From Patescibacteria group bacterium (GTDB lineage: Bacteria; Patescibacteriota; Patescibacteriia; Buchananbacterales; UBA6539), in the NCBI GenBank assembly GCA_041662625.1, contig JBAZSB010000001.1, positions 182,467 to 246,466 of the forward strand: a stretch of DNA of 64,000 nucleotides, written 5' to 3'. This document shows positions 19,072 through 28,726 of this stretch, piece by piece. The translations under genes were made by a program, and so were the position numbers. Within the stretch, counting starts at the first letter, position 1. Every line of letters starts with the position of its first letter. The notes under the pieces were generated by a model that was given only the letters and a program-made list of their open reading frames with translations, ran no database searches and was not told the DNA's origin.

Positions 19072-21766
19072 AAAGTTTATTTGAAGCCCTTTTTACAATA
19101 AAATAATATTTAGTGATTTCAATTAATATAACTTGCATCAGGCCAAGGGCAAAAACGAAGAACCATTCGGTTGGCCCTAGATTGACAGTGCCAAATATTT
19201 TTTGGAAGTGTGGTTCATAGATTGCTAGCCATTGGAGAAAAAAACCGGCTAGTACCCCCAAAACTAGAAGCGGATTAGTAAAAGGATTTTGGCTAAAGAT
19301 TGAATGGCGTAAGCTCCGGCAAGAAAAGGCAAAAAGCAGAGAGTCAATGCCTAAAGTGGCAAAAAGGAACGTCCGGATTTTTTGGAGATCGTAAATTTCT
19401 AGCTTCAAAAGAAAATAAAATAAGGCGAACAAAAAAAGATTAGTAACTATACCAATAATAAAAATCAGAAATTTCATTTCCCCGTCCAATATTTTTTCAG
19501 TTTTTTTACGGGGTTTATCCTTCATTACTTCTCTTTCGCCTGGTTCCAAAGTTAAAGCCATATTAGGCAGGCCGTCATCAATAAGATTTATCCAAATAAT
19601 TTGCGCTGGTAGCAGTGGTAAAGGTAAACCGAGAACTACGGCGCCAGTAACCAAAATAATCTCGGAAAAGGTATCGGCTAAAAGGTAAAGGACAACTTTT
19701 CTAATGTTATCAAAAATTATTCTGCCCTGATGGACAGCAGCAATTATGGTTTTAAAATTATCGTCTAAAAGGATTAAATCCGAAGTTTCTTTGGCGACAT
19801 CAGTGCCTGAACCAAGGGCAATGCCGATATCGGCGGCTTTTAAAGCCGGAGCATCGTTAATGCCATCGCCGGTCATGGCGACTACTTCACCCCGTTTCTG
19901 CCAGGCGGCAACAATCCGCATTTTGTGTCTTGGTTCAACCCGGGCGTAAATGTCAATTCCCTTAACAATTTTAACCAAATCATCATCACTCATTTTATCC
20001 AGTTTTTCTCCCTCAATAATATTTTTATTTTCAACTTTAATACCAAGCTCGGAAACTATGGCTTTGGCGGTTAAGGGATGGTCGCCGGTAATAATAATTG
20101 GCCGAATGCCCGCTTGTCTGGCTAATTGAAAAGTTTCTTTTGTCTCGGGCCGGAGTGGATCTTTTAGGGCAATAAAGCCAATAAAAATCAAATTATTTAA
20201 TTCATTTTTCAGATCAATATTTTTATTTTTAGCAGTTTGTTTATAGCCAAAAGCTAAAAGTCTTAGGCCTTGTTTAGTTAAAGTTTCATATTTAATTTTA
20301 AGGGTTCGACTGATATTTTCGGTTAATGGTTCTTTTTTTCCATTAATTCTAACTAGTGAAGACATGGCTAAGATTTTTTCCGGTGCTCCTTTAACATAGA
20401 CTACTTCCCTTTCTTGGTCTAAGTGGTTTAGCGTGGCCATGTATTTAATTTCCGAATCAAAGGGAATTTCAGCGAGGCGGGCTTGCTGTTTTTTAATGTC
20501 TTGCCAGGGAATGCCTGATTCAATTGCAGCCAAAAGTAAGGCTGTTTCAGTCGGATGGCCTAAGATCCGCCAGTCTTCGAGTTCCGCCTCGGGATTTTCA
20601 ATAATCGCATCATTACAAAGCAAAGCAATTTTTAAAATTAGATCGTGGTCTTTTAAGCTGTCGGCATGTTGGTATTTAGGTTTTTTTTCAATGACAATTT
20701 CTTCACCGGCGGTGATGATTTTAGCCACCTGCATTTTCCCTTCAGTTAGTGTGCCGGTTTTGTCGGTACAAATAATTGAAACACTACCTAGGGTTTCGGC
20801 TGCGATTAATTTTCGGACCAAAGCTTTTTGGCGCAAGATGGCCTGCATGCCGATTGCTAAAATCGCCGTGACGGAAATCAAAAGACCTTCCGGAATTGAG
20901 GCAACCGCCAAGGCCGCGGCTGTATTAAGCATCCCCTCCCTGGCTCCCTCCCCGAAACCAAAAATCGTTCGACCTTGAATTTTGCCGATAATTATCACAA
21001 AAATGCACAGAAATAAAACCAGACTGGCCAAAGTCTTGCTGAAAGATTTCATTTGTTTCTGTAAAGGTGTTTCTTCTTCTTTAGTTTCCGCTACTAATTT
21101 GGTAATCTGGCCCAGTTCGGTTTCAAGTCCTATGGCACAAACAATTGCTTCGGCTTTGCCTGAGCCAACGATAGTACCGCTATAAACCATGTTTTGCCGG
21201 GCGGCCAAAGCTGTTCCTTTTTCTAAAGTTTTAAGACTTTTTGGTGTTGGGAATGATTCGCCGGTTAATGATGCTTCAATAACTGAGAAGTTGTCAATGG
21301 AAATTAAACGGGCATCAGCCGTGATTTTATCACCAGCGGCAAGGAGAATAATGTCACCCGGCACTAGATTTTTGGCGCTGATTTCAACGATATTATTGTC
21401 CCGCAAAACCCTTGTCTTTAAATCGATTAATTTTTTTAGGTAAGTTATGGCTTTATTGGCCTTATTTTCTTGGTAGAAACCTAAAAAGGTATTAATAAAA
21501 ACCCCGATTAAAATAATCGTGGTATCAATCATGTCCTGGAGGATAAAGGAGATTCCGGCCGCCCCTAATAGGATATAAACCAGTGGGCTTTTAAACTGGT
21601 TTAATAAAATCATCAGGCCGGAAAGTTTTTTTTCTTCCGGCAGCTTATTGGGCCCAAACTTTTTCAGCCGTTGTTCGGCTTGTTTGGTTGTTAAGCCGGT
21701 ATTATTCGAATTTAGCTTGGCAAAAATTTTATTGCTCGGCAGAGTATGCCAAAGAGTTTTCTCCAT
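19058..21766 (-). CDS. P-type cation-transporting ATPase (type IIA, Ca2+-like)
   Basis: TGES, IPEGL, DKTGT, KGAPE, TGD, GDGINDAPAL. Confidence 0.93.
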   Translation of the reverse strand: MEKTLWHTLPSNKIFAKLNSNNTGLTTKQAEQRLKKFGPNKLPEEKKLSGLMILLNQFKSPLVYILLGAAGISFILQDMIDTTIILIGVFINTFLGFYQENKANKAITYLKKLIDLKTRVLRDNNIVEISAKNLVPGDIILLAAGDKITADARLISIDNFSVIEASLTGESFPTPKSLKTLEKGTALAARQNMVYSGTIVGSGKAEAIVCAIGLETELGQITKLVAETKEEETPLQKQMKSFSKTLASLVLFLCIFVIIIGKIQGRTIFGFGEGAREGMLNTAAALAVASIPEGLLISVTAILAIGMQAILRQKALVRKLIAAETLGSVSIICTDKTGTLTEGKMQVAKIITAGEEIVIEKKPKYQHADSLKDHDLILKIALLCNDAIIENPEAELEDWRILGHPTETALLLAAIESGIPWQDIKKQQARLAEIPFDSEIKYMATLNHLDQEREVVYVKGAPEKILAMSSLVRINGKKEPLTENISRTLKIKYETLTKQGLRLLAFGYKQTAKNKNIDLKNELNNLIFIGFIALKDPLRPETKETFQLARQAGIRPIIITGDHPLTAKAIVSELGIKVENKNIIEGEKLDKMSDDDLVKIVKGIDIYARVEPRHKMRIVAAWQKRGEVVAMTGDGINDAPALKAADIGIALGSGTDVAKETSDLILLDDNFKTIIAAVHQGRIIFDNIRKVVLYLLADTFSEIILVTGAVVLGLPLPLLPAQIIWINLIDDGLPNMALTLEPGEREVMKDKPRKKTEKILDGEMKFLIFIIGIVTNLFLFALFYFLLKLEIYDLQKIRTFLFATLGIDSLLFAFSCRSLRHSIFSQNPFTNPLLVLGVLAGFFLQWLAIYEPHFQKIFGTVNLGPTEWFFVFALGLMQVILIEITKYYFIVKRASNKLYGQQ

Positions 21767-21936
21767 TTTATTTTTGTTATTGACGCCGTAGAGTGAGAGC
21801 TCCGCCGCTTATTGTATAGATAGAAAGTGGCCGGAGCTTATTTTGCGTTTAAACATCCTTTATTTTTCAGGAGTTTATTATTCTAAATTATAACATAAAA
21901 ATAGAAAAAACGCTATTAGTTTTCCTTCGTTGTGTC

Positions 21937-22758
21937 CTACTGACAAACCTGTTTAATCTCGTTAATTTTTTCTGCGGCGACCAATTCGCCTTCTTTAATG
22001 ATCGCTGTGACTTGATTGTTATCAAAAATGCGGTTCCAGCCCACCAAGCCGACTTCCGCTACCTTTGGTTCAATGACAACGTCGGCGTATTGGAGGGAAT
22101 TTTTTGCCAGGTAATGGCGGATGATATTAAGAGCGCGAATGGAAGTTTTAGTCAGAGATGAGTGTTTTGAGAAGTTATTTCCATCATTAAATTTGCCGTT
22201 GTCTAAATTAACGGCAATAACAATATCCGCTCCCATCTTTCGTACTACTGCCGCTGGCACTGGATTAGACAAGCCGCCGTCAGACAAAAGATAACCATTG
22301 GCTTCGATTGGCTGGAAAACTGGTGGTACGGCCAAAGAGGCCCGGACTGCTTTAATCAGATCGCCTTCTTTAATATCGATTTCTTTGCCACTTTTTAGAT
22401 CAGTGGCAACTACTGCTAAAGGAATTTTCAGGCCAGAAAAATCAATATTTAAAAGCCATTGCTTAATCAGGTTTTCTATTTTTTTACCCTTCAGCAGACC
22501 GCCGTGCCAGGTTGGATCAAAAACAGAGAAGGCAGTTTGCCAGTTAGTATCCATGGCAATTTTTTCTAAACCATTAACATCCAAATGAGCCGCATAAAAA
22601 GCGCCGACCAAGGCACCCGCACTGGCACCGGCGATAAAATCAATTGGAATATTATTTTTTTTCAATTCCTTAATTACCCCAATATGAGCTAGGCCGCGGA
22701 CTCCGCCGCTGCCTAAGGCTAAGCCGATTTTCTTTCTTGTTTGGGTCATTTTTGTCAT
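21937..22758 (-). CDS. Patatin-like phospholipase (RssA-like)
   Basis: LGSGGVRGLAHIG, GASAG, DGG. Confidence 0.92.
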   Translation of the reverse strand: MTKMTQTRKKIGLALGSGGVRGLAHIGVIKELKKNNIPIDFIAGASAGALVGAFYAAHLDVNGLEKIAMDTNWQTAFSVFDPTWHGGLLKGKKIENLIKQWLLNIDFSGLKIPLAVVATDLKSGKEIDIKEGDLIKAVRASLAVPPVFQPIEANGYLLSDGGLSNPVPAAVVRKMGADIVIAVNLDNGKFNDGNNFSKHSSLTKTSIRALNIIRHYLAKNSLQYADVVIEPKVAEVGLVGWNRIFDNNQVTAIIKEGELVAAEKINEIKQVCQ

Positions 22759-22874
22759 TTAGAGATTACTACTTAATTATACTTGAATAAATAAGACCCG
22801 CAAGAGTGAAGTCTCAGGCGGGCCGGCCAGCCTTATCGTTGGCTCGATTCTGAAGGTTAATTTAATAAATCAAA

Positions 22875-23138
22875 CTAATTCTGAGGACAATTTTTTGATT
22901 TTTTATAGCCAGCAGCTTGGGCTTCGGCTTCAGAACAGAACCATTTCTCACCTTTCCTTAAACTTATACTAACCTGGCTATATTTATCGCACTCTTTTAG
23001 ATGGTAGGTTTTTTCTCCTTGCTGGTTGATATTGCCCTTGATATCGCAGGAATTTTGATTTGTTAGGGTTGCACTTTGTGGACTACAACCAGCCAGAAAA
23101 AAAGCCGATAAAATCAACAAAATAAAATATTTTATCAT
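22875..23138 (-). CDS. Small lipoprotein with Cys/His metal-binding domain (CxIKGNI type)
   Basis: Lipobox LAGC; CDIKGNI...YH...C...WFCSEAEAQAAGY. Confidence 0.75.
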   Translation of the reverse strand: MIKYFILLILSAFFLAGCSPQSATLTNQNSCDIKGNINQQGEKTYHLKECDKYSQVSISLRKGEKWFCSEAEAQAAGYKKSKNCPQN

Positions 23139-23989
23139 AAACTTAATTTTATCAGAGTTGGAATCCCTTGTTCACCTTCATTAGCGATAAGAGCCTCACC
23201 ACTTTCCAGAAAAGTAATGCCTTCTGGTTGATTAAAGATTGAGACATCAAGTTGCTTGACGTCAATGATTTTTCCCATTTGGTTCAAAACTACTATTATA
23301 TTATCAACTGCTGAAACAATATAGATATTGTTGTTTTGGTGATGAATCGCAATGCCTGACGGCCGGAATTTGATTATTTTTTTACCGGACTTTGCCTCCA
23401 ATTCTGCATTTATTGAATTGGCGAAATTTTCTATCTCCGTTATATCGATTATAAATATTGGTTCAGCGCTTAATTTTTTGTTTTCTAAATCAAAGGCATA
23501 AATATATCTTTTATCTTTGTATTCCTTACCATCTTCGGCTTTACTTTTGGTGGCAATCAATAGTCGGTTATTTTGAGGATCATAGCATAAGCCCTCGTTA
23601 TTATTTGCTCCAATGGCTAAATTATATTCTATAGTCCTGTCTTTTGTTATATCAAAAAGAATCGCGTCGCTTCGGAGGACATAGAAATTTCCGTTGGCAA
23701 AAGCAACCCCTTCATAATCACCGGGATTACCAAATTCGATTGAGTCAGTGACTGTTTTTTTGTCCAGGTCATAGATATATATTACTCCATCCTCGTCTTG
23801 GATACCGGCAATCTTATTATTACCAATATAAGTTATGCCAGAAATTTCATGCAAATAACCCGGTAACGGGTAAGAGTAACCGTTTTCTTTCATGATTTTT
23901 GGGCTGAATTTTGAAAAAATATAAATAGCGCAGGCAAAAATAACTATCACTAAAATAATTAATACTTTAAAGTTTAGTATTTTTTTCAT
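23135..23989 (-). CDS. SdiA-regulated/YjiK-like beta-propeller protein
   Basis: EISGITY, QDE, DYEGV, EGLCYD, PSGIAIH, QPEGITF repeats after an N-terminal TM. Confidence 0.78.
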   Translation of the reverse strand: MKKILNFKVLIILVIVIFACAIYIFSKFSPKIMKENGYSYPLPGYLHEISGITYIGNNKIAGIQDEDGVIYIYDLDKKTVTDSIEFGNPGDYEGVAFANGNFYVLRSDAILFDITKDRTIEYNLAIGANNNEGLCYDPQNNRLLIATKSKAEDGKEYKDKRYIYAFDLENKKLSAEPIFIIDITEIENFANSINAELEAKSGKKIIKFRPSGIAIHHQNNNIYIVSAVDNIIVVLNQMGKIIDVKQLDVSIFNQPEGITFLESGEALIANEGEQGIPTLIKLSL

Positions 23990-24009
23990 ATTGTTAGTTC
24001 AGCTATCAT

Positions 24010-24777
24010 TTATCTTAAAGTCCAACCGCCATCAACAATAATAGTTTGCCCGGTAATGTAACTGGCCTTTTCAGAAGATAAAAAGACAACAGCGTTGGCT
24101 ATATCTTCGGGCTGGCCCATCCTGGATAAAGGAATCATGGCGATAGTCTGTTTCCTAGCTGCTTCAGCAGCAGTTCTTGGCTGGTCTGGCTGGCTGGCGC
24201 CTGGTGTGTCAATTGCGCCTGGTGCCACTGCGTTAACAGTAATCTTTCTTGGTGCTAATTCCAAAGCTAGAGCGCGGATCATACTATTTATACCGCCTTT
24301 AGAAGCGCAATAATGAACTAAACCTTCGAATCCAACAAATGAAGCAATCGAGGAAGTATTTATTATTCGCCCACCAGCGGACATAATCTTTACTGCTTCC
24401 TGAGAGCATAAAAATACGCTTTTTAAATTAACATCAATCACCTTGTCCCAGTCTGATTCTTTCATTTCAGCAAAAGGGACGAAGGGAAAGATGCCGGCAT
24501 TATTCACTAAAATATCAAGCTGGCCGAATTCTTTCATCGTTTTTTTAAATAATTCTTCCACTTCTAATTTTTTAGAAACATCACATTTTACCGCCAAAGC
24601 CTTAACGCCAAGTTTTTCTAATTCTTCGGCGACTTTTTTGCAATCATTTTGGTCAATGTCTGAGACCACGACATTACATTTTTCTTGAGCTAAAGCCAAA
24701 GCAATCGCTTGCCCGATTCCCCTTCTTGCACCAGTGACGATGGCCACTTTATTTTCTAACAGCATAGTTTTAATCAT
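24010..24777 (-). CDS. Short-chain dehydrogenase/reductase (FabG-like)
   Basis: TGARRGIG, NNAG, YCASK, VDGG. Confidence 0.92.
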   Translation of the reverse strand: MIKTMLLENKVAIVTGARRGIGQAIALALAQEKCNVVVSDIDQNDCKKVAEELEKLGVKALAVKCDVSKKLEVEELFKKTMKEFGQLDILVNNAGIFPFVPFAEMKESDWDKVIDVNLKSVFLCSQEAVKIMSAGGRIINTSSIASFVGFEGLVHYCASKGGINSMIRALALELAPRKITVNAVAPGAIDTPGASQPDQPRTAAEAARKQTIAMIPLSRMGQPEDIANAVVFLSSEKASYITGQTIIVDGGWTLR

Positions 24778-24863
24778 TAATACTTATGGTTTTTATATTA
24801 TATCAAAAAACCGCCCAAATGTCAGGCAGTTAAAAGTCAACTGTTAAATGTTAATTGTTAGAT

Positions 24864-24961
24864 TGGGTCGTGCAGGGATCTGCGCCGGAGGCGCATCCGC
24901 CCTTTATTTTTTTGAATTGAGGCGGAGAACCTGCGACCATCAGCTTAAAAGGCAACTGAGC
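24864..24961 (-). pseudogene. Degenerate tandem copy of tRNA-Lys with 46-nt palindromic insertion in the T-loop
   Basis: 24864-24880, 24927-24953 and 24954-24961 are identical to parts of the adjacent tRNA-Lys; 12-nt deletion, 5' 9 nt missing. Confidence 0.85.
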
Positions 24962-24973
24962 AAAAAATCAAAA

Positions 24974-25046
24974 TGGGTCGTGCAGGGATCGAACCTGCGA
25001 CCATCAGCTTAAAAGGCTGCTGCTCTACCAACTGAGCTAACGACCC
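24974..25046 (-). tRNA. tRNA-Lys (TTT)
   Basis: GGGTCGTTAGCTCAGTTGGTAGAGCAGCAGCCTTTTAAGCTGATGGTCGCAGGTTCGATCCCTGCACGACCCA. Confidence 0.95.
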
Positions 25047-25066
25047 ATGATTCTATATTTTACACT

Positions 25067-25354
25067 TTATCTTGATTTAAAACCCTCTTTGATTTTAGAT
25101 AGCCAGGCTTCCAGAGCGGCGATTGCTTCTTTACGAGCCAGTTCAAGTTCGCCTTTTAATTGGCTAATTTTTTCAAACACTGGCTCTTGCTCCTCTTTCG
25201 GTAAGGCCGGGTTGATTTCTTGAATTTTTGCGGCCAGTTCTTTTTCTAATTCTCTGACTCTTTGTTGAGCTTGAGTGAATTCTTCCTCTGCTAGATCTTT
25301 TTCTGATTTTTCTAGTTCATCCGGACTAATTTTTGGTTCTTGTTCCATAATCAA
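25067..25354 (-). CDS. Hypothetical acidic coiled-coil protein
   Basis: 95-aa E/K/L-rich ORF; no family recognised; start may be the ATG at 25348. Confidence 0.6.
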   Translation of the reverse strand: MIMEQEPKISPDELEKSEKDLAEEEFTQAQQRVRELEKELAAKIQEINPALPKEEQEPVFEKISQLKGELELARKEAIAALEAWLSKIKEGFKSR

Positions 25355-25500
25355 TTTAATGACTTAGTAAGAGAATACTAGCAGAATTTTCCAAAAAAAT
25401 CAAGTTTGGGTAATAAAAAAGATAATAACACAAAAGTTTTTATTTGGCAATTTTTTGCTTTGAATGGCTATTTTTTGATTTTTTGGTAAAATAAATAAGT

Positions 25501-26136
25501 ATGAAACTACTTCGGGTTACAACGGTGATTTTATTCCCTCCCCTGCTATTTCTTTTGGTAATACTTTCCTTTGCTTTTAATCTGAGCTTCTACCAAAAGC
25601 AGTATGACAGAATTGAGGTCATGCAAAGTATTGGTAGAACTGATGCTGTTTTGCAGGCTGCCGCGGTTTATGATTATTTAAGTGGCAGAAAAGACCAATT
25701 GATCGGCGCTTACACTCCCAGGGAACAGCTTCATTTGGCTGACGTTAGAAATATAATTTTTTATATTAAACTTATTACTTTAGTTTTGGCTGTGCTGTTT
25801 ATTGCCGCCTCTTTATGGCTTTATTTTAAAAGTGGAATTATTGGTTTAATTAAAGCTTTGCTTTGGTCAAACATTGTTTCCCTAATCATTTTTTTAGTTC
25901 TAATCGTTTTATTTACCTTGAATTTTAATTGGCTTTTTTTAGTGTTTCATCAGGTAATGTTTAGGAACGATTTTTGGCAGCTTGATCCCAATACTGAGAT
26001 GCTTATCAATTTGTTCCCGCCGCAGTTTTTTGTCGCAATGATCAGCCGGATTTTTTTAGTCACAATAATTATTAATATTGTTATTATTTGTTTAGCCCTG
26101 TTGGCAAAGCAGATTAAAAAAAATCCAGCCGTTTAA
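25501..26136 (+). CDS. DUF1461/TIGR01906 (Lit-like lipoprotein intramolecular transacylase) membrane protein
   Basis: REQLHLADVR, FHQVMFRNDFWQLDP, LINLFPPQFF. Confidence 0.85.
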   Translation: MKLLRVTTVILFPPLLFLLVILSFAFNLSFYQKQYDRIEVMQSIGRTDAVLQAAAVYDYLSGRKDQLIGAYTPREQLHLADVRNIIFYIKLITLVLAVLFIAASLWLYFKSGIIGLIKALLWSNIVSLIIFLVLIVLFTLNFNWLFLVFHQVMFRNDFWQLDPNTEMLINLFPPQFFVAMISRIFLVTIIINIVIICLALLAKQIKKNPAV

Positions 26137-26170
26137 CTTCGGCGGCTGGATCTATCTAGAATGTAGCAAT

Positions 26171-27031
26171 CTATTTTTTGATAATTGGGACGCCGGCCAT
26201 ATCGCCGATGACATTTATCAATTCGGAATTGGAGTTGACCACAATCTTGGTATTTTGTGACAAAGCTGTTTCTACCGCTTCAAGCTTTCTTAGAAGTTGA
26301 GCATTACCTTTAAAATACATTTCTGCTGCTTCATTAACCAACTTAATCGCTTCGGCTTCGCCTTCGGCTTGAAGAATTTTGCCTTGCTTGATACCCTCGG
26401 CTTTTTTAATTTGGGCGCGCTTTTCGCCGTCCGCTTGAGTCTCCACAGCATTGGCATAGTCAATTGCGGCGATTTTTTCGTTTTCCGCTTTAACCACTTT
26501 ATTCATGGTCTCCTGCACGTCTTTGGGAGGATCAATTTCTTTCAGCTCGGTTCGGACAATATCAATGCCCCAAGTTTTAGTCTCTGTTAGTAAAGTTTTT
26601 AAAAGTTCAGAGTTAATTTTGTCCCGTTCAGAATTGGCGGATTTCAAAGTCAAGGTGCCGATGATGTTTCTTAGAGTGGTCCGGGCCAAACTGACAATCT
26701 GCTGTTTGTAATTATTGACGTTGTATTGGCAGTTTTTAATACTTTCTTCGTCATTTTTAACCTTGAAGTAAACCTGGGCATCAACCCGGGCATTAAGGTT
26801 GTCGTTAGTGATAATCTCTTGCGGTTCGGCGTCAACCATCTGTTCGGTGATGTTAATTTTATAAATTTTTTCAACGACCGGAATCCGCCAATGAAGGCCC
26901 GGCTGGGCAAAACGGTTATATCTGCCGAATCTTTCAACTAAAAAGCGTTCAATTGGCCTGACAACAAACAAGCCGCTTAAGCCCAAAACGAGCAGTAGAA
27001 TGGCGGCAATAATGGCATAGGTGGTAAGCAT
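26171..27031 (-). CDS. SPFH/Band 7 stomatin-like (QmcA-like) protein
   Basis: VERFGRY, PGLHW, QEIITNDN, TTLRNIIG, EIDPPKDVQETM, C-terminal coiled coil. Confidence 0.9.
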   Translation of the reverse strand: MLTTYAIIAAILLLVLGLSGLFVVRPIERFLVERFGRYNRFAQPGLHWRIPVVEKIYKINITEQMVDAEPQEIITNDNLNARVDAQVYFKVKNDEESIKNCQYNVNNYKQQIVSLARTTLRNIIGTLTLKSANSERDKINSELLKTLLTETKTWGIDIVRTELKEIDPPKDVQETMNKVVKAENEKIAAIDYANAVETQADGEKRAQIKKAEGIKQGKILQAEGEAEAIKLVNEAAEMYFKGNAQLLRKLEAVETALSQNTKIVVNSNSELINVIGDMAGVPIIKK

Positions 27032-27324
27032 AGGTTTTTCTTAAGATTTAAAGGGGTAATTAGTCTGATCAAATTAAATGGTTGTCACAGGCGACCAGGA
27101 AATTGCTCGCCTCGCTGAGACGCGAGGCGAAGCGGGTGTCGTTCGGTTCAAATGAACGCAAGTGTTCATCTATCTCTTAATAGCAATTATAGGCCGTGGC
27201 TGGATTTATTTCAAGCCCGAGTGGATAATCCCGTTTAATTCAGTGGATATTTTGTGGCCAATTTTGGCTTGTAACAATAGGCTAAAATAGTGTAAGATGA
27301 AATAACTAATAATCTAATTTTGAT

Positions 27325-28710
27325 ATGAATCAACGTAGCGAAAATTTTGATAAAATTCCACCCCAAAATGTTGAAATGGAACAGTCACTTTTAGGCGCTT
27401 TATTGATTGATAAGGACGCCATTGTTAAAATTGCCGATATTATCACGGGTGATGATTTTTATAAAGATACCCACCGCTTTATTTTTGAAACCATGAAAGA
27501 ATTATATGAACGGCGAGAACCTATTGATCTACTCAGTTTAGGCAGCCGGCTGGAAGAGAAAGGTCAGCTGGAGACAATTGGTGGCCGGAGTTATTTGACC
27601 ACTTTAGCTAATACGGTTCCGACTTCCAGTCATGTGGTTCATTATGCCCAAACGGTCCAAAGTAAGGCAACTCTGCGGCGGTTACTTAAGGCTTCGGCGG
27701 AAATTACCGAATTAGGCTACCGCGAAACTGAAGACATTAATCAACTTTTGGATGAAGCCGAACAAAAACTGTTTGGTGTTTCCCAAAAATACTTAAAACG
27801 AACTTTTATTCCCATTACTGATGTTTTAACCGAAACTTTTGATCGGATTGACGAATTACATCGCGACTCAGGTAAATTACGCGGTGTGCCGACTTATTTC
27901 ACGGATTTGGATAATGTTTTGGCTGGCCTCCAAAAATCAGACTTAATTATTTTAGCGGCACGGCCTTCGGTTGGTAAAACAACTTTGGCTTTGGATATTG
28001 CCAGAAATGTGGCGATTAGAGCCAAAGAGCCAGTCGGCATTTTCAGTCTGGAAATGTCCAAGGAACAGTTAGTTGACCGCCTGCTTTGTGCTGAAGCCGG
28101 AGTTGATCTTTGGAAGATGCGGACGGGTAAATTATCCGACCAGGGAGAAAATGATGATTTCAGCCGGATCAACCACGCCATGGGAGTGCTTTCTGAAGCT
28201 AAAATTTATATTGATGATTCGGCTAATGCCAATGTGATGGAAATCAGAACTAAGGCGCGCCGGCTGCAAGCTGAACACGGCTTGGGTTTAATCATTATTG
28301 ACTATTTACAGTTGATGGAAGGCCGAAGCAATAAAGAAAATCGGGTTCAGGAAGTTTCCGACATCTCCCGTAACCTCAAAGCGATTGCCCGTGAGCTTAA
28401 TATACCGGTGTTGGCTTTGTCTCAGCTTTCGCGGGGTGTTGAATCACGCGACACTCATATCCCCCGCTTGGCGGATTTACGCGAGTCCGGTTCAATTGAG
28501 CAGGATGCTGACGTAGTTTTGTTTATTTATCGGGAAGCTGTTTATTACCGGGATTTACCGCCAGACAAAGCTCATTTGGCCGATATCATTATTGCCAAGC
28601 ATCGTAATGGACCGACTGGCAAAATTAAACTTTTCTTTGATGAGCATAATGTTACTTTTAAAAACGCTGAGCGAAAAATCACTGATGAAGAAATCAATTT
28701 TGCCGCTTAA
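27325..28710 (+). CDS. dnaB: Replicative DNA helicase
   Basis: AARPSVGKT, FSLEM, IIDYLQL, LSQLSR, DLRESGSIEQDAD, KHRNGPTG; no intein. Confidence 0.97.
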   Translation: MNQRSENFDKIPPQNVEMEQSLLGALLIDKDAIVKIADIITGDDFYKDTHRFIFETMKELYERREPIDLLSLGSRLEEKGQLETIGGRSYLTTLANTVPTSSHVVHYAQTVQSKATLRRLLKASAEITELGYRETEDINQLLDEAEQKLFGVSQKYLKRTFIPITDVLTETFDRIDELHRDSGKLRGVPTYFTDLDNVLAGLQKSDLIILAARPSVGKTTLALDIARNVAIRAKEPVGIFSLEMSKEQLVDRLLCAEAGVDLWKMRTGKLSDQGENDDFSRINHAMGVLSEAKIYIDDSANANVMEIRTKARRLQAEHGLGLIIIDYLQLMEGRSNKENRVQEVSDISRNLKAIARELNIPVLALSQLSRGVESRDTHIPRLADLRESGSIEQDADVVLFIYREAVYYRDLPPDKAHLADIIIAKHRNGPTGKIKLFFDEHNVTFKNAERKITDEEINFAA

Positions 28711-28726
28711 TTAATTTTTTGTTTTG

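Noticed and set aside
21937-24860. Genomic island integrated at tRNA-Lys
   Set aside because: No integrase or distal att copy seen; the tRNA duplicate is adjacent rather than bracketing these genes.
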